64,000 bases of DNA, from contig NC_057751.1 of NCBI RefSeq assembly GCF_004010195.1, forward strand, positions 4,534,161 to 4,598,160, written 5' to 3'. Positions 49,270 through 61,915 of the stretch are shown here, in pieces (positions within the stretch are counted from its first letter, which is position 1; every line of letters starts with the position of its first letter). Below the pieces are notes generated by a model. That model did not search any database. It was given only the letters and a program-made list of their open reading frames with translations, and had not been told where the DNA came from. Source of the DNA: Chiloscyllium plagiosum. Its lineage: Eukaryota. The translations under genes and the position numbers were made by a program.

Positions 49270-49890
49270 GTAAACATGTCGGTGCGGCACGGCAGGTGTC
49301 TGCGAGCCTTCATAGCGAGAGGACCCGAGGACAGGAGCAGTGATGCCTTGCTGTCATTGTACAGGGCCTTGGTGAGACCACCCTTAGAGTATTGGGTGCA
49401 GTTTTGGTCTCCTTTTCTGAGGATGATATTCTGATGAGGGAGAGAGTGCAAAGAATATTTACCAGACAGATTCCTATGATGGCAGGACTCACATATGTGG
49501 ACTAGATCAGTCAGGGTTTTTTTCACTGGAGTTAAGAAGGATGAGGGGCATTCTCACAGAACATACACAATTCTAACTGGACTGGACTGGTATAAACACA
49601 AGAAGGATGTTCTTGATAAGCGGGAGTCCAGATCCAAGGGTCACAGTCTAAAGAGGTGGGGTAGACCATTTCGGACTGGCACTAGGAGAAATGTCTTCAC
49701 CCAGAGAGTACGGAACATGTGGAATTCTCTGCCACAGAAAATGGTTGAGACCAAATCATTTTCAAGAAGGAGTTTACATAGTTCCGAGTGCTAAAGGGAT
49801 TGAAGGATGGGGGGGGGAAATGGGAACAGGGTATGGAGTTGGCCGATCAGCCATTGTCATTCTGAGTGGCAAAGCAGGCTTGAATGGCTA
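49270..49890 (+). mobile_element. Degenerate CR1 3' fragment just downstream (in ADAM sense) of the catalytic exon
   Basis: LYRALVRPPLEYWVQFWSP and RRNVFTQRV.N.WNSLP. Confidence 0.85.
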
Positions 49891-49944
49891 GAAGTTTGCG
49901 ACCTCAATCGATATTCAGCCCCACAGGGGAGTGAATCAGACTCA

Positions 49945-50097
<153 letters not shown>

Positions 50098-51695
50098 TCA
50101 GCAATCCCATCACAAACACAACCCAGACAGGTCAGTCACTGTCTGTTGATCGCACTTTCTCACCCTGGCTCCTACTGGGCCTTAGGAAACCCCTGGACAT
50201 CAGTAAGCCCCCTCACCCCATCTACTGTCCCTTGACACCAGATAATATTGCCCAGCTTCACCCTTGCCCCTGATGAAGGGCTCTAGCCCAAAACGTCAAT
50301 TTTCCTGCTCCTCGGATGCTGCCTGACCTGCTGTGCTTTTCCAGCACCACACTCTCAACTCGTGCCACTTTCTATTTGCCTCTGGAGCTGATAGCTTCCA
50401 CATTCTCTTGGGCTGACTTCTGACCTTCCAGCTTTGGGCAACTTCAGATCATCTGGACATTGAGTTGTCAGGTCTCCTGCTTACCTGTTGCACCGATTCT
50501 CACTGGCCTGCATTGGCCCCTGTCCAGCGATGGCTCAGTTTTAAAATCCTCACTCCAGCTTTGAAAGCAATCTACAGCCACGCCTGATCTCGGAAACCTG
50601 CTCCTGCCTGACCACCCCTGGAGATGTCCTCACTCCTCTGACTCTGAACTTGCACACTTTCCTCGTCACTCTGTGAGTGGCAGCCATTTCTTCAGCAAGT
50701 CTCTCCTCTCGAATTGTTGCCTAAAACCTTTCCCAAAATAGTCTCTGACCTCTCTGATCACACTTTGACCAGTTTTCTGAATAATTCCTCAGGTGGACTG
50801 GTTTCAGATTTTGCCTGAAATACACTCACATTGCACTGTTGTGTTATGATACGATGTGCATATACCTTTGTCAGGGCAAATCCTTCACTGTGCTGTCAAT
50901 CACTAACATGTTGACACGATGTGATGTAACCACTGATGACTATTGTAAACCTACTAGGTTCACCAATGCCCTTCAGGGAAGGAGATCTGCTGTCCTTACC
51001 CAGTCTGGGTCTAGTTGTGACTCCAGGCCTTCAACCTTAACTCTTTTGGACAACGAGAGATCGACAACAAATACTGTTCAAGTCAGCAATGCTCTCAACC
51101 TGTGCAGAAATATTTTACAAAGTTCTCCAAGCACGACATTACTTTTCCACTCAACCTTGTCAACTATTCAGCGATGCTGCTGGTGACTGGCAGGATATTG
51201 GTAACAGTTGCAAACCCAACCTAACACGTCTAGCCAAAACATCAGCATCATTGGAGGAGTCTCGAGGACGGGGTGACTCCATACACAAACATCCTCCGGT
51301 CAAACAATTCCTCAAGTATTCTCAGTGACTTTGGATGGTGGTAGCATCATTGGGCCATTCAGCCCTGGCTATACAGCAAGTTTAGTTAAACACGGGGCTC
51401 TTTTTAAATTCTTCATTCACAGCATGTGGGACTCACTGCTTGGACCAGCATTTATTGTCCACATTGCTGTGGGTCTGGAGTCACATACAAGCCAGATCCT
51501 TATTGTAAGCACCTTAGAGTTGCAGATGGTTTTTCCCCAGACAATTAATAATCATTTCATGGTCATCATTGCTTTCGTAATTCCAAACTTTTATGGAATT
51601 CAAATTCCACCACTCCTCCCCTTCTCAGAACCTGGACCTGGGATCTCTGGATTGGAAGTCTATTTAGAATATCACTGACCCAATGCCTCCCTTAC

Positions 51696-51777
51696 CTGGT
51701 TGATAGCCCCAGAGCCTTGTGTACACATGGCACTCACTTGGGCCAAGCCGATGGTATCGCCAGTGAAGTCCACATGC
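51696..51777 (-). CDS. adam8: ADAM8-like exon: (T)HVDFTGDTIGLAQVSAMCTQGSGAINQ
   Basis: Acceptor cttcctgttgtag, donor gtaagg; 82 nt, phase 2-0; VDFTG.T.GLA.VSAMC...SGA.NQ is ADAM8-like. Confidence 0.95.
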
Positions 51778-52618
51778 CTACAACAGGAAGGACAAAAAGA
51801 CAATCTGAGTCTTCTCTTCACTGCAACACCAATGGACCTCCTCAGGAATAACCTCTCACAGTCTGGGCTAAGGTGAGATGTCAGCCTCCATAGCCATCTA
51901 AGCACTGGCAGCCCAACCCCCAAGCCGAGGTTCCCCTAGTCAGACTCAAATGTCCAAAGGCAATACTTACTGATTGGCGTGAGTTTAAAGGGGTGGAGAG
52001 ATGGTAGGTATTGTCCATTCCAGTGTCCGTGGTGCCCCCTAACGCAGCTGGCCTCAAATGTACCCACAGACATCATGTTCCCCTCCCTCTTCAAGACCAA
52101 GGATGTATCCAGAGCAGACAGGCAGGATATTGGTAACAGTTGCAAACCCAATCTAACATGTCTAGCCAAAACATTAGCATCATTGGAGGAGTCTCGAGGA
52201 CGGGGTGACTCCATACACAAACATCCTCCTTACAAGTGCTCCAAGTATTTAAGTAAACATCGAAGAACAGAAGACATAGGCCATTCAGCCCATCAAGTCT
52301 ACACTACCATGAAATGAGATAATGGCTGATCTGATCTGATCATCCTCAACTCCACTTTCCTGCCTTTTGCCCATAACCCTTGATCTTCCTCCTGATTAAA
52401 GAAAAATTGAGTGTATACCCATCGATCTTAACAATAGAATGGAAGACCATTATATAGAGCCGTCCGCCATGATTTCCTTTGTGTGCATGCACGGACCACT
52501 AAAGGATGAGCAGGACTGTTTTGTTGGACAGCAATGCTATCACCTAACCCTCCACAATCATGTTGCCATGTACAACAACAAAAATAAAACAGGAGCTGGA
52601 GGCAGCACCGATACTTAC

Positions 52619-52788
52619 GTGATAAATTGGATGTTGTCATGTCCCTTTCTTGGTAGCAACTTGTTTCTGCGCCACTCCAACATGTTCGTCAGAGTACGAC
52701 CAGCATCTTTTTCAACAAAGAACTGATCTCCACTGGACCAGATCTCCAGACCAATCAAGGCTACGTGTGTCCTCAGGGGTTGGTAAAG
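52619..52788 (-). CDS. adam8: ADAM8-like exon: LYQPLRTHVALIGLEIWSSGDQFFVEKDAGRTLTNMLEWRRNKLLPRKGHDNIQFI(T)
   Basis: Acceptor ccccgacag, donor gtaagt; 170 nt, phase 0-2; VALIGLEIW and HDN.Q.IT reprolysin motifs. Confidence 0.95.
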
Positions 52789-54043
52789 CTGTCGGGGAGT
52801 GGAGACAGAGAGAGAGATGATTGGACAAAGGGACTTTGAATGAGGATTGGTGTCTTTGGCCAGGAAGGATGGTGTGGCTAACAGCAGAAATGGTAACAAT
52901 ACTGGTTAAGAGCTACAACCAAGAATGCTGGGAATGTTGATCAAGCTGGTTTGTACTCTGACCTCATTTAAAACTGCAGCCAGGACATGTCGTGAGCTGT
53001 CCTGAAGTCTGTGACCTGCAGTTTCATGTCTTGACCAAATAAGGGCGGTATCTGCAACACAGACTGGCACTGCTATTACCATATATGGAGCGTGCAATGT
53101 GGCTGTTCATGACTTGGCGTAAACATCTGGGAGCTCTTTACCAGTAAACTCCATTGGCTGGGATCAAACACTGTGACCAGGGGTTCGTTCAGTTCATTGG
53201 CTGAGTGCCAGAGAAGATTCTGGAAGGACGAGCATGTTTTGGGACACGAGATAGCAGAAGAAAGGATTTTGCAGGAGTGCCCATTGAGGCCAACATCTAA
53301 GAAGCACGTGCACCGAAGTTGTTTCAGAGAGGGCATCAAAACCACGAGGCAAGATCTACACCGAGAGCAAATCTTGGCCAACACCCTCGGAGTAGTATTT
53401 GTTTCCAGCCAAACTTCTCCAGTTAAAGATGGAGTTCGGGTTAAAGGTGAATTAAGTTAAAGTCAGGTAAAGTGAAGTGAAATGAAGTGAGTTAAAGTTG
53501 AAGGTTAGATGAAGTTAAAAGTGAATGTTGCAGTGAATGCATGTTTTATATTGAGTATTGGTACTTAAAGGGTTAAACAATGGAAGAAGGCCCCGCACCA
53601 TGCTTTGCCTGAAGTCGTGAGGGGAATGCCTGCAGTTCAAAATGGCCACCCAGTGAGGGAAATGTCCCCAAGGTGTCCAAGTCACTCCACATGCAAATCT
53701 GTTCCTCTTTCTCAGTGACTCCAGGAAATCGCCAAGTGACAGTGACTTTCTGCCCATTCAGCGTGCCACCCTTTCAGCCCCAGTGTCAGTAAGACTTTCA
53801 TATTGGGCTTCCATCTGGTGGTGGAGGTTGTCCTCCTTGCTACCAAGGATGGCCCCTCGGTCACATGTCAGAGGTGGCACTGCTGAACTCTTCGGCAGGC
53901 AGTGGACTTACCAAGATTTAACTTCTCATGGGAACATTTTGATAACAACTGCACCCTCCCCCAAAGCACCAATAATCATCAAAGAAAGCAGAAGGAATGC
54001 CTCCACCTATCACCATGAGAGAATTGGGCTCCTTTAAGGGTTA

Positions 54044-54265
54044 GGGCAAAATGAGGACTGCAGATGTTGGAGATCAGAGCTGAAAGTGTGTTGCTGGAAA
54101 AGCGCAGCAGGTCAGGCAGCATCCAAGGAGCAGGAGAATCGACGTTTTGGGCATGAGCCCTTCTTCAGGATGTTCCTGAAGGGCTCATGACCGAAATGTC
54201 GATTCTCCTGCTCCTTGGATGCTGCCTGACCTGCTGCGCTTTTCCAGCAACACATTTTCAGCTCA
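54044..54265. mobile_element. Palindromic PLE-end insertion with 11-bp TSD TTTAAGGGTTA (54033-54043 / 54266-54276)
   Basis: About 90-bp inverted arms 54077-54170 / 54174-54264. Confidence 0.85.
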
Positions 54266-54649
54266 TTTAAGGGTTAACCAGAGTAGGCGTGAGTGTGAAC
54301 ACTTTTCACTGGCGTGTGTATTGAAGAGCTGAGTTCTCCTACACTAGGCAGTTGGTTCTACAGGGCAAAAGCAGAAACTGCTCGATGTGCTAAACTATCA
54401 ATTTACAATAAAACCAGTGTCCATCTCTGACTTTTTATTCCCTGCTGGATTCCACATATGGCGATCAGTTTATTGAATACGCAGAGCTGAACTTCATCGG
54501 GTGAATGGTTGAACTTGAATAGATAAATTCAATAATTTTGGATGTTTGCGCTTTGCATGAATGGCCAAGAAAAAAAAAGATCACATTGAAAACAAAGAAG
54601 AAGCAACAGTTTCACCACTGAAATGATCAAGTGCTGCAGGCTATTGAGT

Positions 54650-55430
54650 CATTGAGTCATAGAGTACAGAAATAGGCACTTCGGTCCAACCAGTCCATGT
54701 TAACCTTAATCCCAAACTAACCACGCCCCACCTGCCTGCACTTGGGCCATATCTCCCCAAACCTTTTCGAGTCACGTACCTTTTAAACATGAGAACTGTG
54801 CCCACTCCACCAACCACTCTCTGTGTAAACAATTTGCCCCTTGTGTCTTTTTAAAATCTTTCTCCTTTCATCTTAAAAATATGCCTTCTCGTCTTGAAAT
54901 CTCCCACCCTCAAGACCCCTGTCATTCACCTCATCTGTACCCGTCATGATTTTATAAACCTCTACAAGGTCACCTCCCAACCACCGACACAACAGTGAAA
55001 GAAGTCCCAGCCTTTCCAACCTCTCCTCAAAGCTCAAACCCTCCATTCCCAGCAACCCCCTGGTAAATCTCTCCTGAGCCCTCTCCAGCTTAACATTATG
55101 AATCCTGTAAAAGGGCGACCACAGCTGACACAGTATTGCAGAAGAGGCCTCACCAACTTCCTGTACAACCTGCAATCAAAGGTCTGTGCAGTGAAGGCAA
55201 GCATGCTAAACACCTTGTTAACCAGAGCTTAAAAATGTGTTGCTGGAAAAGCGCAGGTCAGGCATCATCAAAGGAACAGGAGAATTGACGTTTCGGGCGA
55301 CGTCAATTCTCCTGCTCCTTTGATGCTGCCTGAGCTGCTGCGCTTTTCCAGCGACACATTTTTAAGCTCTGATCTCCAGCATCTGCAGTCCTCACTTCCA
55401 CCTTGTTAACCACCCTATGGATTTGTGATG
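54650..55430 (-). mobile_element. CR1 3' fragment containing a palindromic PLE-end insertion (55225-55398)
   Basis: ORF 54873..55175 is a CR1 RT C-terminus; 14-bp TSD CACCTTGTTAACCA. Confidence 0.85.
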
Positions 55431-56090
55431 CAAACTTCAAACTGTCACTGGGTCAAAATCCTTGAACTCCCTCCCTCAGGGTACTGTGGGTTTGCCAATA
55501 CCAAATGGATTGCATTGGTTCAAGAAGGCAGCTCACCCCACCTTCTCAAGGGGACAGTAATCAATGTGTCTTACGAGTGCTACCCATACGTCTCAAGGTC
55601 AGCTATAAAATTTCAAGCAATTGTTTTGGTCAAGAAGCAGTCTTAACTTCAAAAAAATGCAAAGCACCATGACATTTGGTACAGCACTGAAACATCATTT
55701 GTCACTCTGCAGAGAGTCTTTACGTAGAAATCTCTACAAAATGACACAATGAACTTTATTGCTCAAGCAGCACTGTCTCAGAGTGATAGCTATAAATCTG
55801 ATGCTTTTTCCCAGGGAGGATGCTCCCAGTCTTCAAGGTGAAGCAGAGCTTTATAATAAATGGAGGATGGATTAGTCGACGGAAAGGCTCAAATAGAAAG
55901 TATTCATACGTTTCTGAGAAAAATGATGAGCTCAATCCTTCAGCAGAAATTGAAGAAAGGAGGGGAGAAAAGCAATGAAAAATAAATGCAAAAATTAAGG
56001 AAGGCTAAACATCTATTGGAAGGGGAGCAGGAGCTGTCACATCAATCAGGAAGCAGTAGTGGTGTCTCATGTTGTTTCACTGTGACTTAC

Positions 56091-56159
56091 CAGATTAATG
56101 TGATTGACTGCCTCAAACACCCTGCTCCTCAGTGCTTCCAAGCTGCCAAAGTGTCGATA
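56091..56159 (-). CDS. adam8: ADAM8-like exon: YRHFGSLEALRSRVFEAVNHINL
   Basis: Acceptor ttgtttttcag, donor gtaagt; 69 nt, phase 0-0; RV.E.VNH helix typical of ADAM8. Confidence 0.92.
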
Positions 56160-56309
56160 CTGAAAAACAAATCGACAGTCATGGCCATTAAACACAGAAC
56201 ACATGTCCATCATACCCATCGCTGGACAGGGCAGAGTGTAGGAAACTGAATAGCGAGTGCTCCATATTACTTCCTCAGTCTGGAACTGCTCTGTCAGAGT
56301 TAGAACAGC

Positions 56310-58180
56310 AAAGAACAATACAGCGTAGGAACAGGCCTTTCAACCCTCCAAGCCTGTGTCGACACATTTTGCCTTTCCATACTAGAACTGCCTTCACTTA
56401 CAGGATCCACATCCATCTATCCCCTTCCGATTCATGTATTCGTCCAGGTGCTCCTCTAGATGCTGCTATTGTGTCTGCTTCCACCATTTCCTCTGGCAGC
56501 GCGTTCCAGGATGCAACTCCTTCATGCCGACCAGATATCCTCACTAAATGTAGTCCCATTTGCCAGCATTTGGCCTATATCCCTCTAAACCCTTTCTATT
56601 CATCTGCCCATCCAGATGCCTTTTAAATGTTGCAATTGTACCAGCCTCCACCACATCCTCTGGCAGCTCATTCCATACACATACCACCCTCTGAGTGAAA
56701 AAGTTGCTCCTTAGGTCCTTTTTATATCTTTCCCCTCTCACCCTAAACCTATACCCTCTAGTTCTCACTACCCTACATCTGGGAAAAGACTTTATTTATT
56801 TATTTAAGATGTTTATTTATCCTATCCATGGCCCACATAATTTTATAAACCTCTATAAGGTCACCCCTCAGTCTCCGACACTCCAGGGAAAACAGCCCCA
56901 GCCTGTTCAGCCTCTCCCTGTAGCTCAAATCCTCCAACCCTGGCAACAAATCTTTTCTGAACCCTTTCAAGTTTCACAACATCTTTGCTATAGGAAGGAG
57001 ACCAGAATTGCATGAAATATTCCAACAGTGGCCTAACCAATGTCCTGTACATCTGCAACATGACCTCCCAACTCCTGCACTCAATACTCAATAAAGGAAA
57101 GCATACCGAACGCTGCCTTCACTATCCTATCTACCTGCAACTCCACCTTCAAGGAGCCATGAACATGCTCTCCAAGGTCTCTTTGTTCAGCAACATTCTC
57201 TAGGACCTTACCATTAAGTGTATAAGTCCTGCTAAGATTTGTTTTCCCAAAATGCAGCACCTCGCATTTATCTGAATTAAACTCCATCTGCCACTTCTCA
57301 GCCCATTAGCCCAACTGGTCAAGATCTCGTTGTAATCTGAGGTAACCTTCTTTGCTGTCCACTACACCTCCAATTTTGGTGTCATCTTCAAACTTACTAA
57401 CTGTACCTCTTATGCTCACATCCAAATCATTTATATAAATGATGAAAAGTAGTGACCCAGCACTGATTCTTGTGGCACTCCAGTCTGAGCATCTCCCCCA
57501 TCTCCTCGGCTCCACATAAAGGCTGCTTTGCTGATCTTTGAGGGGTTCTATTCTCTCCCTAGTTTCCCTTGTGTCCTTAATGTATTTGTAAAAACCCTTT
57601 GGAATCTCATTAACCCTATTTGCCAAAGCTACCTCATGTCCCCTTTTTGCCCTCCTGATTTGGCAGGTGGGACTAGATTGGGTTGGGATATCTGGTCGGC
57701 ATGGACAGGTTGGACTGAAGTGTCTGTTTCCATGCTGTACATCTCTATGACTCTATTTCCTTTATACCCTTCTAAGGATTCACTCGATCCATCCTGTCTA
57801 TACCTGATGTATGCTTCCTTCTTTTTCTTAACTGAACCCTCAATTTCTCTAGTCATCCAACATTCCCTCCACCTCCCAGCCTTTCCTTTCACCTTAACTG
57901 GAATATACTGTCTCTGGCCGCCCTCTGTGTGAAAAATGTGCCGAGCACATCTCTTTTAAACATCTCCCCCACCCCCCCGCACCTTGAACTTGTGTCTTTG
58001 AGTAACTGACCCCTCCACGCTGGAAAAAAGCCTCATACATTACACTCTATCCATACCATTCACAACCTTTTAAACTTCGACCAGGTCGCCCCTCAACCTA
58101 TTACATTCCAGTGAAAACAAACCCAGTCTTTCTAACCTTTCCTCCGAGCTAAGATCCCCCATACCAGGCAACATCCTGTT
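56310..58180 (-). mobile_element. CR1 cluster: an internally deleted CR1 (about 56515-57915) inside another CR1 3' fragment
   Basis: ORFs 56544..56768, 56861..57091, 57081..57287 and 57306..57626 (YINDLD...KFEDDTK). Confidence 0.85.
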
Positions 58181-59530
58181 GATTAAATTGTGGTCCAGTC
58201 CGCCTTCTCAGGAAGACACAGAAAGATCCCACCACACTCGAACCCAGAAACCCAGATGAAATGTTCTGGACACATCGGTTCAAATCACACCACGGCACAT
58301 GGTGCAATTTGAATCCGACAAAATATAAAATCTGGAATTAAAAGCTAACTTGTTGATAACTGTCACTTGTCGGGAAAACCCCACCTGGTATACAAATACC
58401 CTTTGGAGGGGGGAAATCTGCAATCCTTACCTTGTCTGGCCTTTAGGTGACTCTCGACCCTCAGCAAGGTACAATAACTGGTGCTTCAATGCCCGCTGGG
58501 CAATGAGGGATGAGCAACAAAAGCTAGACCAACCAACAATGCCACCTCCCGTGAACAAATAAAACAAAACCCCAATGTGTGCTCACAAAGCTGTTGCTGC
58601 CTATAGGAGATTATAGAAAAACAAACTGACTTTTTTGTGAATTGTTCATTCCTGGGATGAGGAGAGCACTCTGAATGCCAGAATTTACAACTTATCCTTC
58701 TCGCGTTTCCCAGTCAACCACAGAGACCACACTTTAAGACAGCTTCATTCACACACTGAGCACTTGACTAGTCCTGAGGCCATGGAAGGTGGCCAGGAAA
58801 CTGGAACACAATTGGAAATTGAATACAAAGACAGGCACTGACAGATCTGCAGCATAAGCATGTTGTTGGACAAGAATCTCATGAAGTGTGAGTGGTGGCA
58901 CTGTCACCTGGGTAATGATGCATCAGCTGTCTTGTACTCCCATTGACTTGTTGACATTTATAGCAAAGAAGGATGCCATTTGGCCCATACTGCCTGTACT
59001 GGTCAACGAAGATCTGGCTACACTAATCCCATTTTCCAGCTCTTGATGCATATATGTGGAGGCTCTGGCAATGGAAGTCAATACCACAATGCTGCTTAAA
59101 TGTTACGAGAGGTTCTGACTCAGCCAGTTTCAGGCAGTGAGTCCCACCACCCTCCGGGTGAAAAGCTTTCTCCTCAGCTTTCCTTCTTGCCTTCCAGCTC
59201 TTAGCTTCAATCTATGCCCCCTGGGTTAGTAACCCCTTTACTCATAGAAAAAGTGCCATACTATGCATTTCACCTGTGCCATTCATAATCTTCTACTCCT
59301 TTGTTAGGCCCCCCCTCTCAATCTTCGTCCAAACATCTCTGAGGAGAAAGATGGAATGGTCTGAATGACAGAGGGAAAGATATATTGACTGAGAAGTACA
59401 TACTGTTGTGTTCAACAAAGAAGCTTTGAAGAAAGTTACTGAATTGTGGTCTCAGTCACTCACAGTGACAGGAAAACTGTGCAGTCCAGAAGCGTTCACC
59501 ATTTACAAACTGTACAAAGTGGAACTGAAC

Positions 59531-60247
59531 TGAAAATGTGTTGCTGGAAAAGCGCAGCAGGTCAGGCAGCATCGAAGGAACAGGAGAATCGACGTTTCGG
59601 GCATAAGCCCTTCTTCAGGAATGAGGAAAGTGTGTCCAGCAGGCTAAGATAAAAGGTAGGGAGGAGGGACTTGGGGGAGGGGCGTTGGAAATGTGATAGG
59701 TGGAAGGAAGTCAAGGTGAGGGTGATAGGCCGGAGTGGGGTAGGGGCGGAGAGGTCAGGAAGAAGATTGCAGGTTAGGAAGGCGGTGCTGAGTTCGAGGG
59801 ATTTGACTGAGACAAGGTGGGGGGAGGGGAAATGAGGAAACTGGAGAAATCTGAGTTCATCCCTTGTGGTTGGAGGGTTCCTAGGCGGAAGATGAGGCGC
59901 TCTTCCTCCAACCGTCGTGTTGTTATGGTCTGGCAATGGAGGAGCCCAAGGACCTGTATGTCCTTGGTGGAGTGGGAGGGGGAGTTGAAGTGTTGAGCCA
60001 TGGGGTGGTTGGGTTGGTTGGTCCGGGTGTCCCAGAGGTGTTCTCTGAAACGTTCCGCAAGTGTGCGGCCTGTCTCCCCAATATAGAGGCCACAACGGGT
60101 GCAGCAGATGCAATAGATGATGTGTGTGGAGGTGCAGGTGAATTTGTGGCGGATATGGAAGTATCCCTTGGGGCCTTGGAGGGAAGTAAGGGGGGAGGTG
60201 TGGGCGCAAGTTTTGCATTTCTTGCGGTTGCAGGGGAAGGTGCCGGG
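59531..60247 (-). mobile_element. 5'-truncated Penelope-like element: open GIY-YIG endonuclease frame plus 3' end; 13-bp TSD AGTGGAACTGAAC
   Basis: PGTFPCNRKKCKTC...IIYCICCTRCGLYIGETGRTLAERFREH...HF...LEEERLIFRLGTLQPQGMN; TSD 59518-59530 / 60248-60260. Confidence 0.92.
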
Positions 60248-60394
60248 AGTGGAACTGAACCATGAACCAGTTCAGCTGGGGAAGGGAGCTGCAGCCGACA
60301 CTTTGAAAGGAATAGAACTGAAGAACAGAGGCTGTGTGAATTATTACATCGAGCCCCACACTCAGAGGACTGGGCTTACTTCTACTCTCTGTAT

Positions 60395-60805
60395 TGTGAA
60401 AGGATATAGCCGAGTCCATCATAAAAGCCAACCTGCCATCTCTTGACTGCATCTAAATGGAAAGGCAGCCAACATCATCAAAGTCCCCTCCCAACCTGGG
60501 TATAATCTCTTCCAAACCTTCCATCAGGCAAAAGATACAAAAGCTTAAACACACACACCAACAGGTTCAAGAACACCTGCTTCCCTGATGTTTAAGTTAG
60601 AGGGCTGAATGGACCTATCAAATGTGACATCGAATGTTGATCTTGTATTTGTACACCTCCTGTGCAGCTGTAACTTAGTATGCCTTGTTCTGTCTAAAAC
60701 ACCCGATGATCTTGTATGTCCTTGTGTATTATGATCTGCCTGCACTGCTCTCAAAACAAAATTTTTCAGGATACTCAGGTACTTTTGACAACAATAAATC
60801 AAATA
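60395..60805 (+). mobile_element. Rex1/Babar-like LINE 3' fragment
   Basis: Degenerate KAANIIK.PS.PG..LF...PSG.RY.S...T.RFKN..FP motif and caataaatcaaat end. Confidence 0.6.
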
Positions 60806-61399
60806 CTCTGAAGGAGGTTACATTCACACCAGAAAGAGGAGATGCCCTTTGCAGGTGGGGTAAAGAGTAAAGCGGGACAGTGTTGGGACATCTGGGTCTG
60901 CCTGCATGTGAGTGACAGCCAACAGATTTCACCAAACTCTTCACACTCTGCACATCAGAGGGTGTCTCTCAAACCTTTCAGTTCCCTGGGAGCTGCCATC
61001 CCCAATGGAGCAACCTCACAGTAAACATAGAGTGGGCCATCCCATGAGAGAGGTGAGGCGGGCGGGGGGGGGGGGGGGGTAATGTCACTGGATAAGGAAT
61101 CCAAAACAGAGCCCTGAAGAAGGGCTCATGCCCGACACGTCGATTCCCCTGCTCCTTGGATGCTGCCTGACCTGCTGCACTTTTCCAGCAATACATTTTC
61201 ATCAAGGAATCCAAAACCCCAGGCTCTTATTTGTGGGAGGCAGTGGCTTCAAATCCCAGCCCGACAGATGGTGAAATTTGACTACAATAAGAATCTGGAA
61301 TTATAGCTACTCTAATAGCAACCATGTCTGTTATACAAGGTCATTGGGTTCACACATGTCCTTCAGGGAAGGAAATCTACCCGAATGTGACTCGAGACA

Positions 61400-61915
61400 G
61401 CGTGCAGTTCTGGTCACCGCATTATAAGAAGGATGTGGAAGCTTTGGAAAGGGTGCAGAGGAGATTTACTAGGATGTTGCCTGATATGGAAGGAATGTCT
61501 TACGAGGAAAGGCTGAGGGCCTTGAGGCTGTTCTCGTTAGAGAGAAGAAGGTTGAGAGGTGACTTAATAGAGACATACAAGATAATCAGAGGGTTAGATA
61601 GGGTGGACAGGGAGAGCCTTTTTCTAGGTATGGGAATGGCAAACACAAGGGGACACAACTTTAAAGTGAGGAGAGACAGGTATAAGACAGATGCCAGAAG
61701 TAGTTTCTTTACTCAGAGAGTAGTAAGGATATGGAATGCTTTGCCTGCAATGGTAGTAGATTCGCCAAGTTTAAGTGCATTTAAGTCGTCATTGAACAGA
61801 CATATGGACATACATGGAATAGTGTAGGTGGGATGGGCTTCAGATTAGTATGACAGGGCGGCGCAACATCGAGGGCTGAAGGGCCTGCACTGCGCTGTAA
61901 TGTTCTATGTTCTAT
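61400..61915 (+). mobile_element. Young CR1 3' fragment inserted in a SINE
   Basis: Open RT C-terminal frame VQFWSPHYKKD...FFTQRVV..WNALP and (TTCTATG)n tail. Confidence 0.9.

Noticed and set aside
53076..53530. ORFs of about 100 aa and a (GTGAA/GTTAA)-like simple repeat in an ADAM intron
   Set aside because: No recognisable domain or splice context; the ADAM exon chain is complete without them.
59562..60452. 296-aa minus-strand ORF
   Set aside because: Off-frame shadow of the PLE GIY-YIG region; Pro/His-rich with no motif.
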